64,000 nt of DNA, from positions 28,421-92,420 of IMG/VR virus record IMGVR_UViG_3300023082_000010; one strand, 5' to 3'. Made by a program: the position numbers and the translations under genes. Within the stretch, counting starts at the first letter, position 1. Each line of letters begins with the position of its first letter. The notes below the pieces were generated by a model. It searched no databases. It saw nothing but the letters and a program-made list of their open reading frames with translations, and had not been told where the DNA came from. This document shows positions 8,326 through 18,696 of the stretch, piece after piece. This DNA comes from a virus.

Positions 8326-9765
8326 TTATGATATAACTATGTTGGACGCAGACAGCGTGGCGATCTGCTGAAAGCTGATAGGAATATTGATGACGCCTGT
8401 TGGACTAGCAGCTGTACCAATCCGGAGACTGTTGACAAAATGACCGGGAATACTATTAATTGGCGTATAAAGACGGCTGTAGATAACATCATCCCCAATA
8501 CCTAAATTATTATTGAAGTATTCTATCAAAGCCGTTTTGATGGCATCATCGCCATTACCGGGATAAGAGCTATCTTTGGTCAAGCTGATTGTGATATAAA
8601 TAGGCACAGGATCTGGGCGCTTAAATGCAATATTATGAGCAAACCCTTGTGTGTCATAAATCACAACAACTGTGTCACCAAAACTTCTGATCCCCATTGG
8701 TTTGTTTTCCCAAATAGCTTGTCCAATCTCTGAGGACAAACCACCAAGAACAATAGGAAGAAAGCTGTGAGATGGGATCCCCATGCTATCTGTTACATCA
8801 CTATCATTTTCATACACAACTACTTGATCAACACCACTAATATCAATCAATGCTGAATAAATACTGTCCACTGTTGAGCTTGCACGTTCAAACTTGGTGT
8901 TCCTAAAACGGATACGAAGCTCTTCATCTGTCTCAATGTTACGTCCCTCAGATGCAGCAAGGGGGTTTGTAACGTTATCCCAGCCAAGTTGAGGGGTTAG
9001 GATGTTGGTTAATGTACCCACTTCAGATGCAACAGGACCAGCTTCATCAGCCACCACTTCACCTATCTTCTGAATCTTGGTAATGCCAAGGTTTGCAGAG
9101 GTGGTGAGATTAACTACAGAGAAGGGGTCAACTCGTGTAAGAGTGAGGCTTGTACCATTAATACTTGCAGAAAAAGAGGGGTGTGAGACGCCTACAACAG
9201 CTGCAAGACCTGCTACAATGGATGCAGCTGTAGCACCAACTGTTGAGGTATAATTGATGGTGTTTGTTGTGGTTATGCTTTGATATGTGATGGTGTAGAG
9301 CGCGCTATCAGCAATCACTAGAGGAGTGAAGCTGCCACCACTTGCACCTGTAGCTGATAGTGTGACAGGAGCTACAAGAGTCCACTGTGTACGGTCTACA
9401 GAGCTACCGATAGAAAGGTTGTTTGCAATAACAGTGTCCGTGTCACCTGTGAGCAACACTTGAGCTGTGGAGAATGTCTGCTCTTGGCGTGTAATACCGC
9501 CCAAAGCTACAAGGTTATCAAGAGCAATGCCCATAGATGTGTTTGGGTCAAAGGCTGCATAGTCTTGTTGAGCTGCTTCCCATAGGTCTGCAAGGGACGG
9601 AGAGATTGTATTAATCAATCGACCTAGAACAGCACTGTCACTGACATCTACCTGATCGCCTACCGCTACTTGATCTTGAAACAACTCAATAGCTTTAGCG
9701 CGTAAATCTGAGACAACCTCAGTTAGCCTCTTAATTGCAAAACCTTGGTCAGAGATACCCGCCAT
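8326..9765 (-). CDS. Baseplate J-like wedge protein
   Basis: GIALDNL, GRNIETDEELRIR, IGDDVIYSRLY motifs. Confidence 0.9.
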   Translation of the reverse strand: MAGISDQGFAIKRLTEVVSDLRAKAIELFQDQVAVGDQVDVSDSAVLGRLINTISPSLADLWEAAQQDYAAFDPNTSMGIALDNLVALGGITRQEQTFSTAQVLLTGDTDTVIANNLSIGSSVDRTQWTLVAPVTLSATGASGGSFTPLVIADSALYTITYQSITTTNTINYTSTVGATAASIVAGLAAVVGVSHPSFSASINGTSLTLTRVDPFSVVNLTTSANLGITKIQKIGEVVADEAGPVASEVGTLTNILTPQLGWDNVTNPLAASEGRNIETDEELRIRFRNTKFERASSTVDSIYSALIDISGVDQVVVYENDSDVTDSMGIPSHSFLPIVLGGLSSEIGQAIWENKPMGIRSFGDTVVVIYDTQGFAHNIAFKRPDPVPIYITISLTKDSSYPGNGDDAIKTALIEYFNNNLGIGDDVIYSRLYTPINSIPGHFVNSLRIGTAASPTGVINIPISFQQIATLSASNIVIS

Positions 9766-9780
9766 TTTATTTCCTTTTAA

Positions 9781-10155
9781 TTAATTTGTTGGGTTAACTG
9801 TAATTGTATCCGTCACAGAGCCGTCTACAACTCTGACACTAAAGGTCAGTGAATAAATTCTGTTTACAAGAGTTGAGTCAAAAGTAACAATCTCTTTGAC
9901 TCCGGGCTCACTTAAAATAGCTTGTTGGAACAATAGGTCTACGCCAGCTTTTGAAGCTTGCTTGCGGCCTAATATCCTGCCCCAGTAATCTATACCGTAT
10001 GCTAGGTTCCAGAAGTACTCTCCCATAAAAGTCAAAAGCAATATTTTAAGCCTTTGAGCCACTGTTTCTGTATAAGGTTGTGTCGTTTCACTTTTACGTA
10101 AAGGACCATTCACCCAAACACAATCATGAGTCACTTCATCTAATTTTAAATCCAC
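9781..10155 (-). CDS. Baseplate wedge / sheath initiator (gp25/W-like)
   Basis: VAQRLKILLLTFMGEYF...YGIDY; size and synteny. Confidence 0.75.
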   Translation of the reverse strand: MDLKLDEVTHDCVWVNGPLRKSETTQPYTETVAQRLKILLLTFMGEYFWNLAYGIDYWGRILGRKQASKAGVDLLFQQAILSEPGVKEIVTFDSTLVNRIYSLTFSVRVVDGSVTDTITVNPTN

Positions 10156-10165
10156 CTCTATATCC

Positions 10166-10936
10166 TCAGATCATAGGGCCTGTATTTGACGGCCCGGATT
10201 GCACGCCCGGATGGAAGTGTGTATTGACGTTAACACCATTCAAGGTGTAAATGCCTGTCTGAGTGTACCCACCCAAATGTGTAATATTGCCAATGAATGT
10301 AATATCCGGTACATCCACAGTAATTTGAGGACTGTTAATATTTACACTCTCAGATGCATTAATAGTTGCATTTGAACAATTAATAGTGACAGGTTGGTTG
10401 CTCGTATTAATCTCAATACTGCCATCAGCTTTTAGCCTTACCTCGCACTCTACAGCACCTAAGTTTCCAAAAAGAACTGTGTCTTCTGTGCTGTGGGTCA
10501 GCACATGCTTGGCTGGGTTGTTTACGGCCATTCCCGGAGGTTGAATTCCCGGATAAAATACAGCATCACCAGCAGCCATCTTGGAAGTGTTGTTAGGTGT
10601 TGAGGGCCTACCATTACCAGATTTCCAAGCATCCATATCTCTCATTGAGAATACAGCTAACCCTGTATCACCCACTTTAATGGGGAAGGTCATTCCTGCT
10701 GTACTGGACACTTGGAAGCCGATGGGGACACCAAGAATAGGGGGTCTTTCTTTTATACTACCGTCTTGCAGCTTCTGGTTAATCGTTGGTTGGATATCCA
10801 CCATCTGCCCAGCACCGCTATCCCTTACAGCCAGAACAATGCAAGGAATGGATGTATTAATACTTTCCATTTTATAATCAAAAGCTGAGTTCACCGTATC
10901 TTGGATAGCAGCTACCAAACCTGTATCAACTGGCAT
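10166..10936 (-). CDS. Baseplate central spike (gp138/gpV-like)
   Basis: FPIKVGDTGLAVFSMRD OB-fold, beta-helix repeats, HxH iron-binding tip (THFHPGV). Confidence 0.9.
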   Translation of the reverse strand: MPVDTGLVAAIQDTVNSAFDYKMESINTSIPCIVLAVRDSGAGQMVDIQPTINQKLQDGSIKERPPILGVPIGFQVSSTAGMTFPIKVGDTGLAVFSMRDMDAWKSGNGRPSTPNNTSKMAAGDAVFYPGIQPPGMAVNNPAKHVLTHSTEDTVLFGNLGAVECEVRLKADGSIEINTSNQPVTINCSNATINASESVNINSPQITVDVPDITFIGNITHLGGYTQTGIYTLNGVNVNTHFHPGVQSGPSNTGPMI

Positions 10937-11825
10937 TTTTATCTACCTTCTCAAGATATGAAGCTCTTATTTCTGTTGCCCACTCGCGACTTCTCCAACC
11001 ACCTGTGTGACGAAGACTGTCTACACGAAACCAACCTGTGATGTATGTGTCTTCAAGACGAATAATATCTCCAGCATTGATATCTGGATTTAGCATTATT
11101 TTCATCTGAATACCGGGTTTCTTGGCCTTATCTTTCTTGGATCTTTTACGATCACCAGCAACACGGTAGGCATTTTCAATTAAACCTGTGTATTTAGAAA
11201 TTACATAAGCTTGATTGAAGTTCTCATTGTTAGCTCTGTCATTATTTTTAACGTACAGAACATCATCATCCACTTGCCAATCAAGTGCATACTTGGAAGC
11301 TAGTTCATCAAGCATCTCTTTAGGACTACCCATTAAAGGATACCCATAAAGAATTTGATTATTTAGGTTAGTTCCATTGTAAACACCACGACTAACTCCC
11401 GGAAGAGCCTTACGAAGAGTTTCAGCTACATCTCTTACACTTTTACCGGGAGGGACTATCTCACTCAATACAGAGTGGTTAAGGTCTGTGTATCCACTAC
11501 CGATCTGAAGCTGTGTCACCAAATCCGTTCCTTGCTTCCTTGTAGAGACGTGGTTAACTTGACCACCAAAGATGCGTTTGATGTTACCAGCATCTAAGTA
11601 CCCTACACTAAAACTTGCAGCTGGGTAGTCTGTATCAAGGAGTTTTATCTGATCAGCGTTGAGATTATAAATTTCAATTGCCGCAGAGTTGGTACGCTTT
11701 TTGTTATCTGTAGACTTTGAAATATCAAAAGTAATCTGAAGCTGATTAGAAACTTGAAAGGCTTCGCCAGTCTTACCATCACCTACGATAAGTTCGTAGA
11801 CTCTATTGATTTGCTGGCCTTCCAT
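10926..11825 (-). CDS. Baseplate hub protein
   Basis: ITFDISKS...NSAAIEIYNL, LNPDINAGDIIRL motifs; synteny. Confidence 0.8.
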   Translation of the reverse strand: MEGQQINRVYELIVGDGKTGEAFQVSNQLQITFDISKSTDNKKRTNSAAIEIYNLNADQIKLLDTDYPAASFSVGYLDAGNIKRIFGGQVNHVSTRKQGTDLVTQLQIGSGYTDLNHSVLSEIVPPGKSVRDVAETLRKALPGVSRGVYNGTNLNNQILYGYPLMGSPKEMLDELASKYALDWQVDDDVLYVKNNDRANNENFNQAYVISKYTGLIENAYRVAGDRKRSKKDKAKKPGIQMKIMLNPDINAGDIIRLEDTYITGWFRVDSLRHTGGWRSREWATEIRASYLEKVDKNAS

Positions 11826-11831
11826 AAGCTA

Positions 11832-12167
11832 TCAGTCCTCGGTAGAATAGAGATAATAAAAATTATAATACTGGTCAATATTTTCAGGGTATACTTTGTA
11901 AGGTTCAGAGATAATGTCTGCCTTCTCTTCTAACCAGAAAAAACCAGTAAGAGGGTACAGGGCATAATCTTTGGTTATCGGATATGTTGGAACCAAACCT
12001 ACACCAAGCACAATAGGCACATTCTCCGCTGTATAGATAGAAAGAAAATATAACTTAACTCTTTCATTATATTTAAAATCAAGAATATATGACTGACCTT
12101 GAAGATTTACAGCATAGCTATAGTCAGCCTCACTATACAAAGGCAAGGAAATAAAATGATCAGCCAT
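11832..12167 (-). CDS. Baseplate/virion structural protein
   Basis: Synteny between the Dit-like gene and hub; YNER..LY.LSIY motif. Confidence 0.65.
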   Translation of the reverse strand: MADHFISLPLYSEADYSYAVNLQGQSYILDFKYNERVKLYFLSIYTAENVPIVLGVGLVPTYPITKDYALYPLTGFFWLEEKADIISEPYKVYPENIDQYYNFYYLYSTED

Positions 12168-12948
12168 TGTTTGCCTGTGCCTCTATTGAAGGATCTACAT
12201 CTGGTGGATTTTTAGGTGCAGTCCCTGCGTCTGGTGTACTGTCAACCTTACCTTTTGTAGAAGGTGCTGCTGCTTTCTTTTTCAAAGAGTTAGTAATATC
12301 TTTCGGGATAGTGGTTTTCTTCAAGAAAGCAAAAGTAACTTGCTCAAGCGTCATATCAAAATACAGAGCATATCCTGTATTGGCATCTTCTTTAAAATTA
12401 AGATTTGTTACAACAAGATTGTTAATTACTTTACGAAGTAATGTTCCATCATACTCGTATATTTGAACAAGTTGGATATTAGGGTCAAACTGTCCAGTTT
12501 TGTCATTAAAGATTACACCGGAAGTAAGCTTCTCAAGAGATTCTCTTACTTGTTCAAGCATATCTTCCCTTGCACCATCCATAACAACATCAGGGCTACT
12601 GTCAGAGAGAAACTGTCCAATGCTATCAGGCAAAAACTTCTTCAAAACACTCTGATCAGTGCTGTTAACACTAACTGGCGTAGGAGGTAACGAGCTATTG
12701 TATGGTGAATTACCTTCATCATCTAAAAGTAAGTAGCTATTGGTGGATATGTCAGCGCCAGATATCACAGCAGACAAGGTTAGTATCTGATTATCCTTAA
12801 GATAATGATCAGTGACGGATGATCCTGTAGAAATAGGGTGCTTAGTTACTTGACCTTTATTATTCCTAGTATATGCAGTGGTACAGTCAAATGTTATAAA
12901 ACCTGCATTTTGAGTATTATCAACACCCCAAGAAATTGCTAATGACAT
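12160..12948 (-). CDS. Baseplate tail-tube initiator / Dit-like protein
   Basis: VTKHPISTGSSVTDH motif; follows the tape measure. Confidence 0.75.
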   Translation of the reverse strand: MSLAISWGVDNTQNAGFITFDCTTAYTRNNKGQVTKHPISTGSSVTDHYLKDNQILTLSAVISGADISTNSYLLLDDEGNSPYNSSLPPTPVSVNSTDQSVLKKFLPDSIGQFLSDSSPDVVMDGAREDMLEQVRESLEKLTSGVIFNDKTGQFDPNIQLVQIYEYDGTLLRKVINNLVVTNLNFKEDANTGYALYFDMTLEQVTFAFLKKTTIPKDITNSLKKKAAAPSTKGKVDSTPDAGTAPKNPPDVDPSIEAQANNG

Positions 12949-12960
12949 GTTGATTTATCC

Positions 12961-15237
12961 TTATTCACGGCTTGGGAAGTTAACTTGAGCTTGTTCAAAT
13001 GCACCAGTAAGTTGAGCTGTAAATGCTTCTGCCATAGCTTGTGCTTGAACTTCAATATCCATACCACCAAGGGTGGCTGCATCAACATTGATTGAGATAT
13101 CAAACTGATTGGTTTGTGTATTGTTGTTGGTGATTTGTTGATTAGCCTGAGACATGGCAGCAGATTTATTCATATCTGCCAACTCTTCTGGTGTAGTTGA
13201 GTTATACTGAGAGAGGTCTTGGAATGGCTGTCCTGAAGGAGTAACGTCTGGATTTCCGTAAAGCATAAGAGAAGCTTCTATCGGATTTCTGTTATCAAAT
13301 CCAAACCCTTGGTTCTTATAATTGTCGGAGATAATATCCCTTGTAGACAATGTACTCTTAAGCCTTTCACCAAGAGACTCCGCATCCATTGCTTCTTGTA
13401 CAGCATTCCCTAAAGCAACACCATCAGGATCAGCTTGGATAGCCTTAAAGTTCTGGTAGGCTTGAGCATTACCCTCACGATCTTGGTCAAACTTTGCAGG
13501 ATTCTGATAGAAAGGGGATGTAGGGTCATCATAAATAGCCCGCCCACGAAGTTTAGCCACTCCAAGACCAACACCGATATCTGTGATAGCATCACCAACA
13601 ACAGCAGCAGGACTTGTATAGGTCATACCGAATGCTGTAGCTTTTTCAGTTTCTGAGCGTTTACCTTTTTCAGGTACAGTAGGAAGATCGCCATTTTTCC
13701 AGCGCTCAAGTGCTGCAATTCCATTTAAAATAGCTGCAATTTCTTGAGAAGTAGCTTTAAGTGTCGGCAAGAAATCAAATTTAAGACCAGAAATATCAGT
13801 GAAGATTTGTTTAATTGCTTTCCAATCTTCTTGGAGTTGCTTAGTCTTACCTTCACCAAGCCAATTTGCCACAAGACTATCTTTACCTTCCAAGGCACGT
13901 ATGAAGGATTGTGGAAACAGTAGAAGATCATCAGCCCATTTTGTAGCGTTATTGAAGCCTTCTGCCAAGGTTTTAACTAACCCACCAGACTCACTTAGTC
14001 CAGCGTTAAGGGTGCGGAAAATACGAGCAAAACCCTCTTCTACACCTGAGTTTGAAGCTACTACAGCAAGATCGTTTACACTGTTCTGATATCGGGCTTG
14101 TTCGGCTTGGGATGCTGTAGAGGCTTTACCTAAAGCACCGCCCTCATTAGCCCGTTGCGAAGCTGTTGCACCGGCATATGTAAGAATCTCACTAGAAACA
14201 CTTCCTTTCTTCATATCCGCAAGAAGTTTTTGGATAGCAGCTTGCCCAGTTAATCCACCTCCCTGACCTTTAGCTGCTAGTTGAGCTTGATAAGCTTGGG
14301 CAAAGAGAGCTGTACCACCCGGCAAAGCCTCACTTATTTGGCCGACCAACTCTTCAGATTGCAATTTTCCTTTACCGGCAACTTGTGACAATGCCCTGAA
14401 CAATCTATTTTGAGTAGTCTTATCAAGTTTGTTTACACGGGCAAGCTCTGCAAAACCAGAGAATACTTTCTGACTTTCTTTAATACTAACACCAGAACCT
14501 GTCAATCCGGAAATAAGCTTGTTGTAATCACCGGAAGCGTCTAGGTAGTTAAACCCAATACGTTGACCTTCACCTCTCAAATACTGAAAAGAGTTACTAC
14601 CTTCTTGAGCAGTACCACCAGCTTGTTGTACCACAGCTTGAGATTGTAGCTGAGCACTAACCACTTGCTGGTTACGTTGGTTGAGCTGTGACAGACCATA
14701 GCCGCCGAGGGCCAACCCCAAGGCTGGAGCATAAAGGCGAGACAATCCACCAGCAATACCACCTGCTGCAACAGCAGACCTTCGTGGAATACCCCTTTCT
14801 GCTTCAGCCAATCCTTGTCCTGCAACACGAGGACGCAGCACCGAAGCAGCGGAAGCAACCTTAGTAGCCGCAACCATCGCTGCAATCATTGACGCGTTAA
14901 GATGAGACTGATCAACATTGAACTTTGCAATATGAAATGTTGTTCTTGTAGATGCAATATCTAAAGCTGTACCTAGTGCAATATTCAAGGCTGTCTGATT
15001 TACATCAAACTTGCCTATATTGAATACCGACTTAAGGCTTGCAATTTCTAAAGCTTTGGCAAGTTCAGCTTCAAGCTTTGTCTGGTTGACATTGAATCGA
15101 CCAAGTCGAAAACCACTAGCCCTACCACCTAAACCGTTTAGTCGAGCTTCTAAACCATCAAGAGTTGCATCAACTTTCTTTACAGAAGCTTTATCAATCT
15201 TGATGGAAAACTCTGAAAAGTATTCTGAAATCTTGAT
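12961..15237 (-). CDS. Tape measure protein (~758 aa, probable non-canonical ATC start)
   Basis: ALSQVAGKGKLQSEELVGQISEALPG tape-measure motif. Frame is open 83 codons upstream of the TTG at 14988, bounded by an in-frame TAA; GGGAG SD lies 9 nt before the ATC at 15237. Confidence 0.8.
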   Translation of the reverse strand: MKISEYFSEFSIKIDKASVKKVDATLDGLEARLNGLGGRASGFRLGRFNVNQTKLEAELAKALEIASLKSVFNIGKFDVNQTALNIALGTALDIASTRTTFHIAKFNVDQSHLNASMIAAMVAATKVASAASVLRPRVAGQGLAEAERGIPRRSAVAAGGIAGGLSRLYAPALGLALGGYGLSQLNQRNQQVVSAQLQSQAVVQQAGGTAQEGSNSFQYLRGEGQRIGFNYLDASGDYNKLISGLTGSGVSIKESQKVFSGFAELARVNKLDKTTQNRLFRALSQVAGKGKLQSEELVGQISEALPGGTALFAQAYQAQLAAKGQGGGLTGQAAIQKLLADMKKGSVSSEILTYAGATASQRANEGGALGKASTASQAEQARYQNSVNDLAVVASNSGVEEGFARIFRTLNAGLSESGGLVKTLAEGFNNATKWADDLLLFPQSFIRALEGKDSLVANWLGEGKTKQLQEDWKAIKQIFTDISGLKFDFLPTLKATSQEIAAILNGIAALERWKNGDLPTVPEKGKRSETEKATAFGMTYTSPAAVVGDAITDIGVGLGVAKLRGRAIYDDPTSPFYQNPAKFDQDREGNAQAYQNFKAIQADPDGVALGNAVQEAMDAESLGERLKSTLSTRDIISDNYKNQGFGFDNRNPIEASLMLYGNPDVTPSGQPFQDLSQYNSTTPEELADMNKSAAMSQANQQITNNNTQTNQFDISINVDAATLGGMDIEVQAQAMAEAFTAQLTGAFEQAQVNFPSRE

Positions 15238-15252
15238 AGTATATTACTCCCG

Positions 15253-15803
15253 CTATTTCTTAGTATTCTTAGCTCGAATATCAGCTTGTTCTTTTTGTGC
15301 ATCATACATATCAAGCATTTCAATTGTATTGAACAAAGTTCTTACACTATATCTATCAGATAAAAACTTGGCTGCAAAATCAAATCCACCTTTTGGGTGT
15401 GTTGCTATGCGATAGATATAGAATGAACCTGAAAACTTATCTTGTATTTCTTTATCTACACTTGATACAGCCGCTAAAGATTTTTCTTTTACTCTTCTGT
15501 AGCGGGTGCCTGAAAAAAATCAGGGAAGTTCCAAGTAATAACTTTCTGGTACAAGTCAGACAGATGCTTATACTTACGAGAGAACACAGCATCAAAGCGC
15601 TTCTCTGTAATCATCTGATTGTCTTTAGAAACATAGTTACAGATAACTTGTTTACGCATTGCAAGGTTATCTTTACCACTGTCCAACTCTTCTTGAAATT
15701 GCTCAAGAAATTGTAAACCTTTGGTAGTTGGCATAGCACTTACGAGGTACTGAACGCCATCAACTTCAATTTCAGTCTGTTCTAGGATTTCTAGAGTAGC
15801 CAT
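15253..15803 (-). CDS. Tail assembly chaperone G (15489..15803, 104 aa) and -1 frameshift product GT (~183 aa)
   Basis: Slippery T TTT TTT at 15513..15519; the -1 frame reads SGTRYRRVKEKSLAAV...DIRAKNTKK* to 15253 with no start of its own; lies between tube genes and tape measure. Confidence 0.85.
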
Positions 15804-15816
15804 GTTAATCCTTTAG

Positions 15817-16314
15817 TTAAAATAGGTCGTTTATAAAGCTTGAAGCTTCATCCAACAAACCATCAAGTAGGTTAGTAGAAGCTCTTGCATTACCAGCCAA
15901 GGTATAGCTTCCTGTCTTTTGCAGGAACAATTCCCATGTGCGAAACTCAAACTGTCCCGAGAATGTTGTAACTGGATAGCTAGTGAGATATGCTTCATCT
16001 GATGAGAACACACTCTTACCAGACTTATCTTTGAGAATCACCGAGATTCTACCTGTACTATATTCCAAATCCTGTTCGTGAATAGAGGACAACACCTCAT
16101 TACTTTGAGATGTTTGCAGAACTGGGAATGTAATAGTGGCAGAAGTATCTGTATTTTTAACTCGTGTGTTTTTACCACGAATTCCACGAATAGATGTGAA
16201 TCCTTTCACTGAGCGAGCAATACTAATCCTCTCCCATCCCGTGATTGTATATCCTGCTATCACAAGTTGGATATCCTTTGGACTATAGCTGTTTACTGTA
16301 AATCCATTAGCCAT
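15817..16314 (-). CDS. Tail tube-like structural protein (paralog)
   Basis: YSPKDIQLVIAG, ATITFP..QTSQSNEVL, KDKSG; similar to 16865..17395. Confidence 0.7.
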   Translation of the reverse strand: MANGFTVNSYSPKDIQLVIAGYTITGWERISIARSVKGFTSIRGIRGKNTRVKNTDTSATITFPVLQTSQSNEVLSSIHEQDLEYSTGRISVILKDKSGKSVFSSDEAYLTSYPVTTFSGQFEFRTWELFLQKTGSYTLAGNARASTNLLDGLLDEASSFINDLF

Positions 16315-16822
16315 TTAAGACATCCTCAACAATAGGAAGGGCTGAAGATGCAAGGTTAACCAAATCATTTAAGATGGAAGATGCATCACCATTACCACCA
16401 ATATTGATAACTGCCTGAGATGATCTAATCACCCATGTACGAGCTTCAAAACTATCACTCTTGACAATAGGTGGAACAGATTCAATCCAACTTGTGGTTG
16501 AGAAGAATAAGTCAGAGCCACTACCATCTTTGATGAAGGTTGGAAACTTACCTCTCTGAGTGACCTCGTCCAACAACCAAAGCTTGGTTAGCACATCGTT
16601 GGAGTCGCTACCACTATAAAGAGTTAAGGCAATTGTGTAAGTTTGGTCACTATTGTAAAGTCTTGCTACAGTTCCATCTGGAGTCTTGACGGTTGTAAAA
16701 GGATTAATATCTTTAGTTATAGATATGAAAGTTCCTTTAGCAAAACCGTCAAGAGGGATACCAAATACTAGAAATGTACAGTCTTCAGGAATGTAAGTTG
16801 CAAGATTGTTAGCCATAATCAT
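16307..16822 (-). CDS. Tail tube-like structural protein (paralog)
   Basis: TYIPED, GFAKGTFISI, TIALTLYSGSDSNDVL, KDGSG, RTWVI. Confidence 0.75.
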   Translation of the reverse strand: MIMANNLATYIPEDCTFLVFGIPLDGFAKGTFISITKDINPFTTVKTPDGTVARLYNSDQTYTIALTLYSGSDSNDVLTKLWLLDEVTQRGKFPTFIKDGSGSDLFFSTTSWIESVPPIVKSDSFEARTWVIRSSQAVINIGGNGDASSILNDLVNLASSALPIVEDVLNG

Positions 16823-16831
16823 TCCTTGTTA

Positions 16832-16852
16832 AAGGGCAGAAATTCTGCCCTT
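16832..16852 (-). terminator. Hairpin after the major tube gene (attenuator/terminator)
   Basis: AAGGGCAGAA-N-TTCTGCCCTT inverted repeat. Confidence 0.5.
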
Positions 16853-16864
16853 ATTGTACATTTC

Positions 16865-17395
16865 TTAAGTCAACTGCCAACGAGTATCAACCTCAGCACC
16901 CAATGCATTCATAGCTTGAACTTCGGAAGCAGAGAATAGAGTGTTAGAGCCAATATTAGCACTCAAGCTAACAGCTTGGATTACCCAGTCACGAGTCTCA
17001 GTAGTTGTACTGAAAGTGGTATCTGGGTTAGTAGCAATAAATGCTTGGTTAGAAGACCAAACACCAGTGCCTGACAAGTCGCGGATGGTGATTGCAAAAA
17101 CGAATTTGTTGCCAGTATCATCTTCTTCATCAGCACGTTGTAGAGCTTGCAACACAGCATTCGATGCACTATGTTGAAACAAAGTTAGTGTAATGGTAGA
17201 AGCTTTATTACGACGCTTGGTACGACCTGTACTCAAATCTGCCGCAACATACAGCTCTGAAGCTGGCGTAATACGGGAGATGGATAAAAATGTACCATCG
17301 GCCATTCCTGTAAGGGTATGTACGAAATCACCCTTACTAATAACAATGACCATACTTTCTGGGCTGTAACTGCCCAGCAGAGAATCCGAAGCCAT
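16865..17395 (-). CDS. Major tail tube protein (DUF3277-like)
   Basis: YSPE, GMADGTFLSI, TITLTLFQHSASNAVL, RDLSG, RDWVI; directly after the sheath. Confidence 0.8.
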   Translation of the reverse strand: MASDSLLGSYSPESMVIVISKGDFVHTLTGMADGTFLSISRITPASELYVAADLSTGRTKRRNKASTITLTLFQHSASNAVLQALQRADEEDDTGNKFVFAITIRDLSGTGVWSSNQAFIATNPDTTFSTTTETRDWVIQAVSLSANIGSNTLFSASEVQAMNALGAEVDTRWQLT

Positions 17396-17412
17396 ATTAA
17401 TAACCTCCTAGG

Positions 17413-18696
17413 TTATACAGAAAGGAAGCCATTTACGATGACTTTGCGAATGGACCCGGCCAGACGTGCCCGGAATACGAAAACACCAGCTGTACGAGCA
17501 GCACGAAGTGTTACTGGGATGTCCAATACATCAGGTGTAGTTACAGTCCAACCACGAGCAATCAAGCCATTAGCTTCTGCTTGAGAGAGTACGGAACGAA
17601 TTTCATTTTCAATGATAACCAAACCTTGGTTTGTCATTGGGATTTTCAAAGTGTTGATCAGGCGGAAGTAGATTTGCTCTTGCAGACGAGCATAAAGCCA
17701 GTCCACTCCAATCGTTTCGTCAATCGGTGTACCATCAAACATGTTACCATCTTGCATCACGTTGACACCACCAACAGCGGTGTACATGTTCATGTTCTTG
17801 GCACGAAGATTTGCACGAGCAGTGTCGCTAATGTTGCTGACAGTTACGCCAGATACACGTTTGAAATCCCAGTCGTTGCTGCCCGGAGTATAGGCAAGTT
17901 GAGCCCCCATCCAAGCTGCTTCAGGGTACTCAGTGTCGGCAGTAGGCAGATAGACGCCATAGGTGCGAGACGCGCTAGCAGCACTCAAAACAGCGGCAAT
18001 ATCGGTTGTTCCTGTGGTGATTACAGCAGGGTCTTGACTAGATGTACCGAAGATTTTACGGCGACTTGCAACAGCATTACTAAGAGCTACCACCTCAGCT
18101 TGAACATGGGTATCAGCAACTACTGCATACCAAGTGTTGTTAACTTGAGCAACGGCGTCCAAAGCATCAGCCATAGCTTCAGTTGACGCAACGTTGGTCT
18201 GAGTAAGGTTTGAGCTGCCAGTTACGCTCCAGTTGGAACCGGGAGTGGTTGGTGCCACAGTGAGGCTAGTTGTACCAGAAAGAGTAATGCCTGCTGGTGT
18301 ACCAATTGCAGCTTTCAAGCCAGTAACGATGCTAGTGGCAGTAGCACCAGTCCCAGAAGTGAAGGTGTACGGAACACCATTGACTGTGACAGTGTAGACA
18401 GTTGCATCTGCTACAGTTGGCACCAGTGTAGCACTATCAATCTGGCGACGACCAATTACGATACTTGGTGGGACAGCGCCAACAGCGCTTTGACCAAATT
18501 CTTTCTGAGCGATGATGTAAGCTTTGTCGGTAGCATTAAAGTCTTCTGCAACAGCATCCATGTCACCATAGACACGGGCACGTTCAGGGAAATTAGTGAA
18601 GGATGCCAGAATCAGGGGGATATTGAAACTAGCTGTGCTAACAGCGGTACTCTCCCGGCTAATCGTAATTTGTACTACGTTATCAATCTCACTCAT
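17413..18696 (-). CDS. Tail sheath protein (DUF3383-like)
   Basis: YPEAAWMG, PGSNDWDFKRVSGV, IDETIGVDWL, KIPMTNQG, ARLAGSI. Confidence 0.9.
   Translation of the reverse strand: MSEIDNVVQITISRESTAVSTASFNIPLILASFTNFPERARVYGDMDAVAEDFNATDKAYIIAQKEFGQSAVGAVPPSIVIGRRQIDSATLVPTVADATVYTVTVNGVPYTFTSGTGATATSIVTGLKAAIGTPAGITLSGTTSLTVAPTTPGSNWSVTGSSNLTQTNVASTEAMADALDAVAQVNNTWYAVVADTHVQAEVVALSNAVASRRKIFGTSSQDPAVITTGTTDIAAVLSAASASRTYGVYLPTADTEYPEAAWMGAQLAYTPGSNDWDFKRVSGVTVSNISDTARANLRAKNMNMYTAVGGVNVMQDGNMFDGTPIDETIGVDWLYARLQEQIYFRLINTLKIPMTNQGLVIIENEIRSVLSQAEANGLIARGWTVTTPDVLDIPVTLRAARTAGVFVFRARLAGSIRKVIVNGFLSV

Noticed and set aside
15480-15492. Stop-codon read-through of the tail chaperone
   Set aside because: Counting bases puts the downstream ORF in the -1 frame, consistent with slippage at U7, not read-through
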